A stretch of 64,000 nt of DNA, taken from Trichosphaerium sp. ATCC 40318. Its lineage: Eukaryota; Protista; Tubulinea. The first letter of the stretch is position 1. Every line of letters starts with the position of its first letter. The DNA is taken from positions 1-64,000 of the forward strand of contig JALMLS010000336.1 in assembly GCA_038496445.1 (NCBI GenBank), in the 5' to 3' direction. Positions 26,201 to 39,950 of this stretch are shown here, piece after piece. The position numbers and the translations under genes were made by a program. The notes beneath the pieces are model-generated. The model ran no database searches, was not told where the DNA came from, and was given only the letters and a program-made list of their open reading frames with translations.

Positions 26201-27229
26201 TTTGAGAGTTGAAGTAAAAACTACCTCTGATACTTTCTCATGGGACATTGACTGTAGTAAAGCTACTACAGTTAAAAACTCCGGTGTCATATTCCCAATG
26301 CTTGCAAGACAGATGATACGGTAAGCAACATAGAGATGTCAGTTGCCCAAGTTTTGCTCATTCCATTGTTTAAGTGAGGGCGAAGAGTTAAGTAATATCT
26401 CAAACGCTGAAATTGTTCGTGTTTCCAAAGCTTACGACATCATGTCAAGCCATACTTCTTTTGTGATTGTAGAAGAAAGAAAAGACAGAAACGAAGGACC
26501 AATGGAACTAAGAAAAATCGAAGCAGTGAAGCAAGTACAACATCAAAGTTCGCCTTTCACGAGTCTATCGGATGTATCAAACACAGCAGGATATTCGTTT
26601 AAATTAGGAAGCAGATCATCTAATCAAGATATGTCTTATGCTTGCGTTTCTCTATCAGCCAACAATTACCAGGCTGAGGCAGTATGTCTATCAAGTTTAT
26701 TGCAAGACGTCTAACTCATTTTCATAGAAAGGATGCTGTGGTGGCGGAGGATATTCTAGGCCATCGTATAATCGCCCTTACAGACCTCCAATAACAAATT
26801 CATACAACAGCCCTCCTTCTATAACATCGAATACATCTACTACACCCGTTAAAGAGAACTCCTCGTCACAAGCTAAACATAAAACTCCCAGAGAACAATT
26901 TGATGCTTTGGTTTTATTACAAAGTTCAAAAGGTTCTTGGTCACTAACTAAAGAGTTATTCGATATCCTAGGGAAGCCTTTCAATGATAAAACCACAAAC
27001 AAACCAACGAGTGCTCAAGGTACCTCATCAAAACAAGCCTTGATTTTTGCTTTGTAATTGATGTATTTTAGATGACGTCTGGGCAACAGCACTTGCTGTT
27101 TACTTTATTGAAACAAACATGAAACAATTCAAAGATGAATGGAGCATGCTAATAAAAAAATCAAAGGAGTGGCTTTCCAAGCAACCTTGTTCACGCGAAT
27201 GTACAACCGCTGCTAAACAGTTTCTTTAA
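23285..27229 (+). CDS. Rab7-like small GTPase fused to VIT + vWA (VWA5A-like) domains
   Basis: GTPase motifs [51 protein letters not shown] and EVSAK. These splice in frame into VIT (NPIEAVFSFPLDERAAICGFEA, EKEEARETYDDAI, GNLPP), vWA (IVDRSGSM, LGGTEI, LTDGQV) and C-terminal LQSSKGSW/WATALA. Confidence 0.88.
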
Positions 27230-27829
27230 TAAACTCGCTTTTAAACAAAATTACTACTTTGATCAAGTCAACCAACTATACTCCCTTGTGCCTTCTACCA
27301 AATCACATTAGAAGTGCCTAATCACTTGACATTAACACCCCAAGTATGAATGTCTACTACGTAATTAGTCAAAAAACTGGAAAGGCAAAAGGTGAGCATT
27401 CCATGCTTCTGAATCGGTTTGAATTGTTGAAATGTTCGCAACTTAATGGAGGAACTCAATAGCACTGCGGTAGAGGGGATTGGATGCATTTGTATATTTC
27501 CACCTACTACGTATACTAGTTGTAGTGGTCCGATTGACTAGGTATGATAAGCGACACGAAATTGTTTTAGTACTTTTCAAAAAGAAACATGTACACCATA
27601 GTGGTCCACTAACTCGAAATACCTCGAATACATTCACGAGAGTGAAGTGTGTTACACACTTACTTGTTTTTCAAAAACTAAACGCATGGATGTGTCGCCT
27701 CCAGTTGCCGTAACAATGTCGTTAAGTCATGTAATCATCTAAGTTAACTGTGGAAATCAAACTTTTACAAACCAGTGTTGTTTACACGTGTAACAAAACA
27801 TAAAAAAAAGGTGGATTAAAAAACGCAAG

Positions 27830-28771
27830 TTGATAAGAGAAGAAAATAATCTATCCGCATATATTCGCCAGCACTGTTATTTTGAAGAAAAATGCCACCT
27901 AAGCGGAAACAGACATCAGAACTCCCTATGTGCTAGCAAACAAAAACAGCATAAGACTAGCTCAACGGAAATTGTACAAACCTCGCCTTTTGAGGTGTAC
28001 GATACTGCAGCAATGATAACGAAATTAGCGTTTTCTATTATTCCACTATATGATGTATGCTCGTGGATACGATTGAATAAGGTATTCCACGAATTGCTAA
28101 GCGAAGAATCCACAATGTTTTATTACTACTCAAAGTTTCTTCCAAATTCCGAGAATAGTGAAGACCTCCCAACACCTTCACTAGCTCAAACATTCGTACA
28201 CAACCGTCTTAGATTTGAACACAAGTATATATTCTCTTTTTCATTCTCTTACAACGTACAAAGTGGATATGTAGGTCCACCAGATATCCCTTTTGAACAG
28301 ATTATGACAAACCGAAAACATGGAACCGCTGACATCTTTTTCGATAGTATCGAAGAAACAGTACGCTACGACCATGGAGAAAGAAAAGATCTCAAGATAA
28401 AAGGAACGGTGTTCCCACAAAATGTATCTGTTGGCATAGATTCAGCTACTTTCGATATATCTTTTTGTACACGTGTCATTGGTGGAGATGATTATAGATT
28501 CAACATAAATATTTTTCTAAATGGTAACAGCATACTTGAAGCTGACTTGGATTGCGGTATGGCACTCAATATTAATATTGAACGTGCTCGCTTATTACAG
28601 GAGCTATTGAGTATTGATGGTGAACAATATTGTGAAATACCTTATGGACCTGAGGTGCAGCTGTTGGTTATGTTTGTACATTGGATGAATAAGCATTGTC
28701 AGAAAGTACCTGTTGATGTGTTTCTAGCCAATGAAACACATGAAAGAATTAGGAACATCAAATACCTTTAA
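27830..28771 (+). CDS. Intronless hypothetical protein with F-box-like N-terminal segment; possible 5' frameshift
   Basis: 313-codon open frame; FSIIPLYDVCSWIRLNKVFHELL is F-box-like. The natural-looking start MPPKRK at 27892 is out of frame. Confidence 0.65.
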   Translation: MIREENNLSAYIRQHCYFEEKCHLSGNRHQNSLCASKQKQHKTSSTEIVQTSPFEVYDTAAMITKLAFSIIPLYDVCSWIRLNKVFHELLSEESTMFYYYSKFLPNSENSEDLPTPSLAQTFVHNRLRFEHKYIFSFSFSYNVQSGYVGPPDIPFEQIMTNRKHGTADIFFDSIEETVRYDHGERKDLKIKGTVFPQNVSVGIDSATFDISFCTRVIGGDDYRFNINIFLNGNSILEADLDCGMALNINIERARLLQELLSIDGEQYCEIPYGPEVQLLVMFVHWMNKHCQKVPVDVFLANETHERIRNIKYL

Positions 28772-28930
28772 GATAGATATACGATTCATTTGACTTCTTA
28801 ACACAGAGATCCATAAATTGTAACTTTCAGTAAATCAAATAAATCATTCTCGAGTGCAACAATGAAGTGACAAATAACTGTGGTTCAACAAATCATTACA
28901 AAATACATGTTTTTTACAACTCGTGGTATC

Positions 28931-30926
28931 CTACACCTGCAAAAATAGCAGTAGCATTATCAAGCAAGCGCTAAATGGAAAGAATACTGACAAGTGAATG
29001 GTGGCGCTTTTACATCCAGTATCAAACACTAGAGCAAGCAAGCTTCTTTCTAAATATTGTCAAAAAAAACCTTTTCCTTTTTTTTTGGATATTTGTTTCT
29101 TTCTCACCTTGAATTCTTGTAGTGACAGGACAATCATCTTTTAATACAGTTGCAGATTCAATAACACCCTCTTCACAATTTCTTTGCCATTGCAGAATCT
29201 TTGAATTCACATCAAAGTCAGAAGCAAGAAAAATAGTCCCTTCAATCGATGGACAAGATTCAATAGTTAATATTGCTCCACTAGAAACTCTAATCCCTGA
29301 TTCAACGTCTACACTAAAGTTTCCTATTGAGATAGATAAGTTATTTAACCACGTGATTGTATTATTTTGAAAAAAAGAAAGTAATGGGTACCAGGAATAG
29401 TCGTATCCACGGTTATCTCAACAATTGTGTTCGCTATGTACATACTTAAAAAAACAACCAAAATACACTTTGAAAAAAACGTACTTAATACAGCCCAGTT
29501 GCTCATGTTACAACTATACCCTGCTGGTGGACTTTCGCATATAAACCCGATAGGAGCTACTGGTTCATTGGTTGGTTCAGCTGTTGGTTCACCTGTTGGA
29601 GAAACGGGTGATTCAGTTGGTGATAACGTAGAGGGTGCTGCTGTTGGTGGTAATGTTGGCGCTAAAGCTGTTAAGGTATTTCACCCGAGTTCGCGTTTTG
29701 TGTACCCTCTGTTGTATTGACGCTTCCAACCAGTATTGTAAGATTCTGTTGCGTGATTATATCCAAGAAAGGAGTACCTTAGGCTTATTAAGGTTACATT
29801 GAGAAAAAAATAAATGCTTACTGCTACTAAAGTCAAACGAGTGTATGTATGTTGGTGATACAACTGACGTGTTTTTCTGTGCAACATTCTTGATGTCTAA
29901 ATCTGACAGAATACCTTGAAAAGCGTGGAACTCGCGAATATATCCCTACAGCCCGTAACCATTAACAAATTCCTCCTTTTTTGGGGTGAGAAAACGAAAC
30001 GTGATTTTTACCTCAAAGAAAAAGTCTGGTGCAGGCTCTTTGCCTTTCCCCATACATCCAATACGTAATGGAGCGACGTTTGATAAGTTTTGGGGGAATG
30101 CAAACTCGCCTGTTGATGATATTACACCTTGAAAAACGAGTAAGGTAAAACCGCAGAGTGTCAAGAAGTAATCCTTTTCAGCACTTCTAAAAATACCTTG
30201 CTCGCTAATTACAAACATTTCCACGGAATTGGAACCTCGTCTAAAGCCAACAAACACCTGTAAGTCAAAATAAGTTTAAAAAAAACCCAGCAAAGCCAAT
30301 AAAAAGATCTTGTTCTTTTCTCACCCATTGATTTGTAACAATCTCACGTGCGACGCTATTCTTAACGCTGCACTCTGGTGCCTCCATTTCCTTTGTTTCT
30401 ATGTGCATCTCTCCAGAAGGATCTTGCATAAGAGAACCATAACCAAAGGCAAAACCATACTGAAGTTCGCTCTCACGTTGAGTCATATCAACGGGTTCAT
30501 TACAACCCGAGTTCTTCGTTGACGCTATAATTTCAAGCCTACAGTTTTCTACACCACCACATGGTACAGCTCTAGGGTAAAAACATTACTATCGCCCGAG
30601 AGCATCCAAGTAACGCTACACAAGAAATCTATTTCAAAAATATTTGAAATTTATCACGTGACCTTTAAATGTATCTCCGGTTTTAATGGTATACTTTTTT
30701 ACGTACCTTGTGCTTTTTATCCAAGCCCCAACAGTAATCTCGCCCGTTTGAAAATTATTTGGCATTTCCAAGCAGCTAGAGCCATCAAAAAACGCTCCAG
30801 TATCGTTAGTCATCGCTACGACTAATGGTTAGTAAACCTTTTATGGTAGAAATGTGCTTTACAAGTACCATTAGCTAGAGAACAATACAGTGCTATAACG
30901 GGTAGTATGAATAGAAACTTGGCCAT
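28931..30926 (-). CDS. Secreted/GPI-anchored LamG (ConA-like) domain surface protein with PT-rich stalk
   Basis: Signal MAKFLFILPVIALYCSLA; FDGSSCL..ITVGAWIK, PLRIG..FFEGYIREF; PTAAPS/EPTAEPT repeats; hydrophobic C-terminus ACLIMLLLFLQV*. Confidence 0.75.
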
Positions 30927-31465
30927 CTTGAAATGTTTTACAGCGTTATAAAGTTGGCCTTGTTGAACTAAACAGGACCGGTTTATTTTAGTGCTTTTAT
31001 CACTTGAATAGAAAAGCCACGTGCGTTTTATGCTAACAACGGTGTGAAACAAGTAGTTTATTCTACTTGGGCAGAAAAAGCGCTGCCTTCGGTTCAACAA
31101 AGGACACCCATTTAGCATGTCTCTTCTATTGTGATAGCACTTAGATAACTTACAGCCCTTGTAAGTAACATTTGCTCTCAAACCATCGAAAAACTACGTT
31201 TGCTAACAACGTCTAACAAACCCACTAGAGATGTACCTAGGCTAGTGTGCTGAAAGTGTATTTAAGCATTTAAAGGTGTACGTAAAATGACAGTTGTAAC
31301 CATCTCAAGTACATGCTGCAGTATTCGCATCGACGACATTAGAGTTCTGACAAGGTAAAAAAAACAGGTGTGGAAAGTGATTAGATAAAACAAATAGAAT
31401 CCGTTAAGAAAACTCTAGGAGAGCAGATTGTTCTCTGTAAATTTTATTGGAATTAATTAATACAT

Positions 31466-32582
31466 CTAATCATCTCTATTTGGTGCTTCAACCATTTCTA
31501 CATTACCATATTCACCTAAAATAAAACAAACATAAGTCGAACAAAACCTTTCATTCTAAAATCTGTTTCATACGTGGTCTCTTTGGCTTTTTAAACCAAC
31601 TATACGCTATGTACACTATGATGATTAATGTAACACCACATACCATAACAAGTGCCCAAGTAATAGCGGATGAGTAATAACGCTAATGGCTGTCAGACAA
31701 AGAAAAAAAAAGCAAAAAAAACCAAAACAGACTTACCTTGTTGATAATACTAGGTACTTCTGGGCCTATAATTTTGAATAAACCGATATTATATAGTTCT
31801 TCAGCAACCATTTTAAGCTCTAAAAAATATTACTTTAATATCAAGGCTATCAACAAATAGCTAATAATAAGACAAAATAATACAAAAAAATGAAAAAAAC
31901 AAGAAAAAAAAAACAATACCTTCATCTGGTGTTATCGTTGCTTCATTTGGTACCATAGCGCCTATGACTGTTTCTAACGCTTGTGAAAAGTCTGTGCTAT
32001 ATTTTGGCTGAGTGTTGGCTAGGTATAAAGCAGCAGTGATCGCTGCACGGTAGTAGTTGGAATGACCATGTAAAAGGACCGAACAGTTTTTGCAATCTTG
32101 CAAAAGAGCGCTCAGAGTTAGCACTGCTCCAGCTAGCTCGTGTCTCGTCTTTGTTGCATCTGTTTCATTACAAACCGCACAAATACCAACCTACAGCAAG
32201 TTAAAGGTTTCGTTGAAAGCGCTGCGTGCCTTTCGAAAGGTGAATGCGAGAGTGTCGTTATTATACGCCTAATACGATCAAAACGCGTTAAGAGGTTAAA
32301 TTGTACCGTTTCAGGGTACTTTAAGTCTATTTCGCTTGCAATACTTATAACATCTCTAAGAATAACGTAAATCTAGTATTTGAGCGTAAGAGAAGGTAAC
32401 GAACGTTATTTTATTCTGTTTTATTTTCGCCCACGTTGCATCGTCTTTTGTGCCTATAAGTAGGTTCGGTATAAGCTCTTCACACCCTAGTACGCGTCAA
32501 TTTGATATAAGAAGCTGCATTTCTTACAAGTGATAGTAATACCAAACAGAAGGAGGGCTATAATACACCGCATACACTGCAT
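31466..32582 (-). CDS. Type I membrane protein with an extracytoplasmic dual-specificity-phosphatase-like domain (pseudophosphatase)
   Basis: Signal peptide; EELIPNLLIGTKDDA..KITDVISIASE; VLLHGHSNYYRAAITAALYL where the DSP consensus is VLVHCxxGxSRS; C-terminal TM and short tail. Confidence 0.72.
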
Positions 32583-32859
32583 TATGTATGCTTCAAATAT
32601 GTACTAAAGCGGACTCAATTTCCATACTTAACCAAATGACGTTGTTGACAGTTTAAGCAGTATTTTCATCTTTTTCTTTTCCAGCTGCAATTGTCACTGT
32701 CCCGTTAATATCCTTCAAGAAGCTTTGCCGTAGCTTTTAAAGTACTAAAGAAGACATACAGACCTTGGTTATCACGTGACCAAGTGTAAGAGTATGCAAT
32801 CTTGAACTTGTCTTTAAAGATAGTAGTTTTTTTACTTATTTACATAGTTCTTCTTTGCT

Positions 32860-34562
32860 TTACAATAGTGCATCTGTACTGAATACCAAGTACATAGAGT
32901 AAAAATATACAGCATATAAAACAATAGCAACATAACTCTCTGGTCCTGCACTTTTCAATAAAGGCTTGGCATAACTTTGAACCTAAACTTAAAAGTCAGA
33001 AAAAAACACGAATTTCAACCACAAAACAACGTCACGTGCCAGTACCAATTTACCACCATGTAGATATTCAGTCATCCATTGAAATGGATACTTAGTTACA
33101 GGGCTACCAGATAATCCTGTATAGTTTGTCAAGTAGTACGGTGGGTACTGTTTAAAAAAAACAAGGGATTGTTGAATTAAATGTTCTAGTGAGTCTTCAA
33201 GTGGAGGTAACCGATTAAGAAAATGTAAAACTTGTGCATAGTTACAAGATACTTGCATTAGTTCTTTTTTACGAAATACTACAATCTACGGGAGATAAGT
33301 ATGTAAGTAGTACAAAGACAAGCAACTTTTTTCAAAAATTATCAAAATAAAAATTTGAAAGAACAACCAAATGACGTCCGTACTGCTGCTGATAAATACA
33401 AGCTCATAAGTGGATGAGTGGCCAAAAAATAATCGTATAATCGTGAAATAGATTCTAAATCGTCTACAACATGTGAAAACCATGTGAGTACCCAGGGTAA
33501 CGCAAAATAAGCCTACACTAAGTTACACCTAACACCAACAAGTAAGACTACTTACATTTACTTCAGACTTGCTTAAGAACGCATAAACTTCTGGATCTAC
33601 TTTAGCTATTAAAGGTAATAACAGATCTAACTGCGCAATAATAGGCTTCATAGTTTCATCATGGTGATCACTACAAATTGTAAACAGAAGTTAACTTCGC
33701 AAAAAACTAGAAAAAAACTGCTCCTATAAACACTAACAGTTACACTGAGAATACAACATCCTAGCTACATGCTATATCTTAATATAGATACGCGTTCTTT
33801 TGTGCCAGGTGATTTGTGTAAGCTTGGAGATTAGGCTTGAACGAGCAATTTACGTTTAAAAATGAGCAAATGACGTACAATAAATGGTTCAAACTGACCC
33901 TCTCTAAAAGCGCATAGCCTAATCGTTCGCCACATACAAGTAAGAATACAGCTGCTACATCGTGGAACCCTGTATGTAAATTAATACAAAGGTGTAAGAC
34001 TAAAAAAGATTGGAGATGGAAATTTCAATTTACCTTGGAAATAATGAAGTTCTGGGTGGTTCACTAACACTGTATTTATCATTCTAGATAACGCCAAGCG
34101 CTTCTTGGCTCTTTGAACTTCATCAGGTACAAGTTTCCACTGGCAATCGTTACAAAATATTAATTGCATTAAAATACGTACCAATGAGCGTTCTACGTCT
34201 CTAGCGACTTGATCTTGCTCTTTTGGGTCTTGTATTGTCTCTATTGATGTTACAACAGATCGGACAGTTGAAAACGTACTGGGAACATAATTAATGCTTT
34301 TCACATCGACATTGAGCAGATACGGCCAAACCTAACACGTTTTAAAATAAAAAGCGTATAAAATGCTCAACCTGTTTCCTTAATGACCCTGGAACAATAC
34401 CATGCTTTGAATACTTGCGTAGAGAGTGACAGTTTATCTATAAATGTCAATGCTATCTAAAATGCCATTTTTACGCACAAGATTACTGTGTAAGGCGATT
34501 TCAAACCTGCTGCGACGGTTCCCTTTTACAATTGCATTAGTTCTTCTCTTGCGCTGTTTCAT
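32860..34562 (-). CDS. TBC1D20: TBC-domain Rab GAP, TBC1D20/Gyp8-like
   Basis: LRKQVWPYLL, QVARDVERSL, LHYFQGFHDVAAVFLLV, YFALPWVLTWFSH and a C-terminal TM tail anchor. Confidence 0.88.
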
Positions 34563-34744
34563 AACTACGAGTGCGTTGCTCCAAAGTACCAGAGCAATTA
34601 TACTACCGTACAGCAACCTAGCAACGGTAGAACCGAAAAACATCGGTCAGGACAAGTCTTCCAGCTACAAGCAATTAGCTTGCTTTTTAACGTTGACGTC
34701 ACTGTACTTGGCCTCGCTTCGGCAACGCCAACGAGTCTACATGT

Positions 34745-37700
34745 ATGCAGCCTCCCACTGCTGTAACGGAGCAATTTCAAGTGCGGTTAAACTCTGCACG
34801 TAATTTACAGCTTCAAACATTAATCGGTGCGTATTTTGGTATTAATTAAAGGATCTTTTCAAAAGTCATCTTTGATACCCGAACGCACTCCAATATGGCA
34901 CATTTGAACCACACGCATGCCATGCTTTCGGCGGTATTAGTAATTCTTTGTTTTGTCATTTAAACTGCGTGTTTAAACACGGGCAACGCCTAAAACTTTG
35001 CATGTTCCTCACTGCAGCCAATTATACTTTTACGTCCGTTTCTAACTGTAAACAGGCACAGAAGACCCGTACTGCGTCGTCAAGGTTGGTTCAACAACGC
35101 ACAAGCTATCAACGCCAGACGACGGTGTAAAGGGCGACTTCCAAAAGCAAAAAGATTTTTCTCCTACCTTCAACCATGAGGTTGTATTCAACCTCATAAA
35201 TGGCGAAAGACCTCCGTTAGAGATAGCTGTATACGACCAAGATGACTTTAACGTCGCAACACAAATAGGTAAAGCGACTATACCAACAGATAATCTCACT
35301 ATAGGAGAGCCACTGGTACGTTATATTATTTCTCGTTACTTTAGTCCAGTATCAAAAGCTTTTGGGCGCACATTTTGGCTTTTTCGAATTTTTTTTTCAA
35401 CAAAAAAAGTGAACATATTGGAACACGTCATTTTTGTGTTAAGACGTCTTTCTTCGCGTTGAAACAATCGTCATATAAACCTAGTATAGATGTTTAATAC
35501 GTTTAACACTAACCCCTATCATTAGGCCAATTGGTATCCTCTCAATAAAGGGAACAGCGCTATTAGTATAGTTATTCGGATAGTTAGAGTTGCTCAAGGT
35601 TCGTATTTGTACAGAAATAGTCTGTACAGAGCTCTATATATTATATATTCGTTGCACGTTATGTCCTTTATTTTTAAAACTTCCTGTACTACAGCACGCT
35701 TTCAAACAAATGACTTTTGCTGAATACAAGCACAAAATGTACCAATTTTTTTTTTTGTTTCTGTCTTTGCACGTCAACAAAAAAAAATGAGAGAGAATCG
35801 GGCATGACGAGTAATAACACCCGTGCTCGAAAGCTATCTTATAAAAGAAAACATTATTCTTTCCCTCTTAGCTATTGTACGCAATTTGGATCTTTATGAA
35901 AGCGTTTTTTTGTTTAAAAAACGTCTAAAAGATAATCAAATGGATCGCTATGAGCTTCTGATGACTTTATTATAACAAAGGAACGCGCTAATGATCGTTG
36001 TAGCAACAAATATTACCCATCAGCCTCAGAGTAGTCCTACAGGGATACCAATGATCCATGGAGACCAAGGTGTATCATCTAACATGCCGGGACCTACCCC
36101 AAACGGCACAAATGATTTGGTCCAATTCGATCCCGGAGACCTTGTGCGCGTGTTTCCACATATTGGTATGTACCATCACGTGATTCTAACATCAAAAACG
36201 TGTAACCTCTTATTTGTTTGTATTATAGGTAAAGGAACCTATGGCGTTGTGTTTAAGGTAATCAGCGGTTTGTTTTGGTTTTTTTTACACAACAGTCTTA
36301 GTTTATTTTTTTTTTTGTTTTTTTTTTGGTTTGTTGTTTTTTTGTTGTGACTAGAAGGTACTTGGTGGCGTTGGTATCTATTAAAAATAGAAAAAACCCG
36401 TGTACCCAACATAGCCGAGTATGTACTCGGCGATTCAGGGAACCAATGAATAACAAAACGTCAATTTCGTTGTTGAACAGCTTGGCGCTTGAAATCAAAA
36501 AATTATTAAAAATCTGAAATTACTTTTTATGATTGCCCAAGATCTCGTGTGTATTATGTCTATGCTTTTTGTGTAGTATACATTCGAAGACCTACGCTTT
36601 CGTTGTGTGAAGAGTAGTGCTTGAATTGATTAATCCTTTTTTTTTTAGGGCACTGTGAAGGGATATTCTCTTGGAAAGCAGATCGTCATTAAAGATATGG
36701 AAGTTAATAATAGCCAGTCATTTGAAGAGTGGAAAAGAGAAGTAGTAATGCTAAGGTACATACTAAGGATATGTCTGGCCTGTTTGAAGAGTCGTTTTAT
36801 GGTCATTTTGTATTTTTACCTAAATTGATATTTTTTCCGCGTTGCTGATTTTCTAACGTTATCATTTTTAGCCAAAATCGTAGTCCTTATGTTGTTGAGA
36901 TATTTGGTTGGTGTAGTTCAAAAAATATACTGACGATTGTGATGGAATTTTGTGAAAAAGGAACTCTATTTGAGCAGCTTCACACGTACGTGTCATGAGA
37001 TTTTAATTTTAATTTTACTTTCTTTTTTTTATCAAATTTATTTTATGCCACAGAAATTTGGCATGTTTTTACTTTTTACTCACGTGTGTATTCTTTATTT
37101 TTCTCTTTTTGTTGCGGATTCAGTTATTGTGTTCTTTTAGTGAACCAAGAATAAATAGTGGACTAATACACTGTTCTAGTAATAATGCACGGCTCAGTCT
37201 TTTACAAAGACTTCGAATGGCACGCCATTGTGCTCTTGGTCTTATGCATCTACATACAAACGGTGTAATACATCGAGATGTTAAAAGTTTGAATATTCTA
37301 GTTACTTCCGATTGGTCTTGTAAACTAGCAGATCTTGGTACGCCGTGAGGACTTTTTTTTTTCGAAATGTCAAAAAGTTTGAATTTTTTTCTTTTTTGAA
37401 ATTTTGCATGATGCAAAATCCACCCCTTCGAACTTTTGGTTTAAAAGCAAACCATGGATCGACGTTAAACTCTCTTATATATATTTTGCACGCTATGCGG
37501 TTGCTATAGCGCGATGTTAGCAAGTTTTGAGTGGTGTATTCTGACTTTAGCTTCTGATGCGTTTTATTAGGTTGTGCTAAGCTGATTAGAAGCCAAGGCG
37601 CTCCAGAAACAGTTATGCATACAGCAAATAAAGGAACACCATTCTGGTACGCTTTTAAACCCAAAATCAATTCACAGTTTTCAGCGAAAATTTGTCTTTT

Positions 37701-39950
37701 TTGAGATTGGCTTTTGTTGACACAGTGTCATGCTGCTTTATGTGGTGTTCGCTCTCAGATAGTTTTATATTGTTAATGTTCTTTATAGGATGGCACCTGA
37801 AGTGAAGCGTGGCCAGTATGACTTTTCAGCAGATATTTACAGTCTTGGTCTTGTACTCTACGAAATTTTTGAAAACAAGCTTCCGTTTTTCGACCAGACA
37901 CAGCAAAAAGTTATATTACCAAGTAAATTTCGAGTACGTATATTATTACATGGTTGTGTGTATCGAGTTACATTATCAACATTTGTTGAGACTTTGATAT
38001 ACAGTTAATACCAGTAGAAGTTTACTAATTTTATTTTTTTGTTTAGTCTTGCACTATTGTTTTTCCTTGTACGAACATCCAGCCAAGTAGTCGTCCTACA
38101 GCTATGCAAGTTGTTGAACATTTGGATAAGATGATTCGTGCTACTATAACTGGCATACACAACATCATGGCTGGTAAGTATCTCAGACGTTTTTTGTTTG
38201 TAAAAATAGTTGATTTTCGTTTGTTTCTTTTTTTTTTTTTGACTTGGTTGTAGAGGAAGAACGTAATCAGTTCAGAAGAAATGTTTCTGTGCGTGAGCAG
38301 TTAGAACAAATGTATAGATATTTCATTAAAAAGGATCCGGATCACGTCGATAGTTTAATTGAAAGGTAAGCTGTTTGGTTATAAAATAATTTGAACCTGT
38401 TGTTATTATCTGTTTTGTTATTGACGAATCACAGAGCGTTTCCAAATTCTGTACCCAGACGCAATCTTCCCGCAAAATACACAGCTGGTGGGCCAGCAGC
38501 ACAACCAGCAAGACCACAATCACCAAGGTAAGGCAGTTGTAGCATGTTTAACAAGTTCTTTGTAATTTTTTTTGGATTTTTTTTATCGATAGCACAATTA
38601 CTTGTTTAATGGGTACCCTGTACTAAATTATTACTAAAGGGTGGCAAGAAGAGTACCAACTTCACCAACACTTCAGTCTCCTTTTGTGCCTAGCTCTACT
38701 ACGCCATCAGTTAAACCAAATCCTCTTGCAGCGCCAAGTGCACGAGATGGTTCTCCTTTTACGCGAGATTCTCCTCCAACCAACCCATTGGCTGAGATTA
38801 ACCCACTGGCAGATATAAATCCATTGGCAGATCCTAACGTACGCAGTGGTTTATGTGATTCAAGTTTTTGGTGTAGAGCTTTTTTTATTTTTGTTTTTTG
38901 AAGCGTTTGGGGTAAAATCTCGCGTATGACTTGTGTCACGTGCCCAAATACTTTGTGTTGAAAGTCTGAAAATTTTACTCGCTTTACTGCTTGCTGTTTT
39001 TCGTTCTGGAGTTAATACACCAGTGCCGCTTGCTGGCCAAAGTAAAAAACACGCCAACAAGGTGTGGTGTCTTTTTCTCCGACTCAGCTGGGAATTTTTT
39101 TCTTTTGTAACAATATTTCTTTTATACTTTTGTTGCGTTGTTTTGAAGCGTGAGAAGTAACTTATTATCTTTCTAGAGAAAACGTGTTGTTGGGAAATCA
39201 CTCACAAACTCTGCGAATGATGTGACAGTATCTCCAAGCAAAAGCGATCCTTTACGAGGCTCTCGTAAGGGTAGAAAAAAATTAATCACTTTTGATCCAG
39301 AAATTACGCCACAAGTCAAGAAACGCAAGTCTAAGGGCCACAGAAAGTATAGCAAATCTTATGATCATCGTGATGTTACTAGGAAGGTACATCACGTTGT
39401 ACCTAGTGGAAACCTTGACAGAGAACTTCGCGAAGCTAAGATGCATTCAGCTAATCAATTGATCGTTTTTGAAAACACTATTTCTCCTGTTGTTAAGCCT
39501 AAGGCTTCACGTCAAGATACTAAAAAGAAGCATAAGGTTGATAAGAAGATTGAGAAAGATCCAACATCACCAAGGCAAAAAAGAATCAATCCTTTTGGGA
39601 ATATAAGAAAGAGTACAAAGAATTCTACTCTTATTGAGAGTGGTGACCAAAAAGGTGGTCCAGAAGGTGATCTTGTTGTATTCACACCTCCTATGGCTCG
39701 TGTTAAAGGACATAAAAAGAAATCAAGCAAGGAGGCTAAGAGGAAGAACGGAAAGGATAAAAAACAAATCGCTTTAGAGTCACCTAATACTTCAACAAAT
39801 GGTTACAATAATGACTTGTTAAATTTTCCACAGACAGGGCCTGGTCGTGAGGGTACATCAAAGAATAGAAAGAAAGGGAAGAGTAGGTCTTTACATGAAA
39901 TGATTGACTTGATTGACTTGACAGATGCTAATAATAGTACAACAACGTGA
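34745..39950 (+). CDS. C2 domain + TKL-family protein kinase with long Pro-rich and Lys-rich C-terminal tail (5' end uncertain)
   Basis: C2: DPYCVVKVG..SPTFNHE..LEIAVYDQD..IGKATIP. Kinase: IGKGTYGVVFKG, IVMEFCEKGTL, HRDVKSLNILV, ADLG, GTPFWMAPE and ADIYSLG. Confidence 0.85.
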
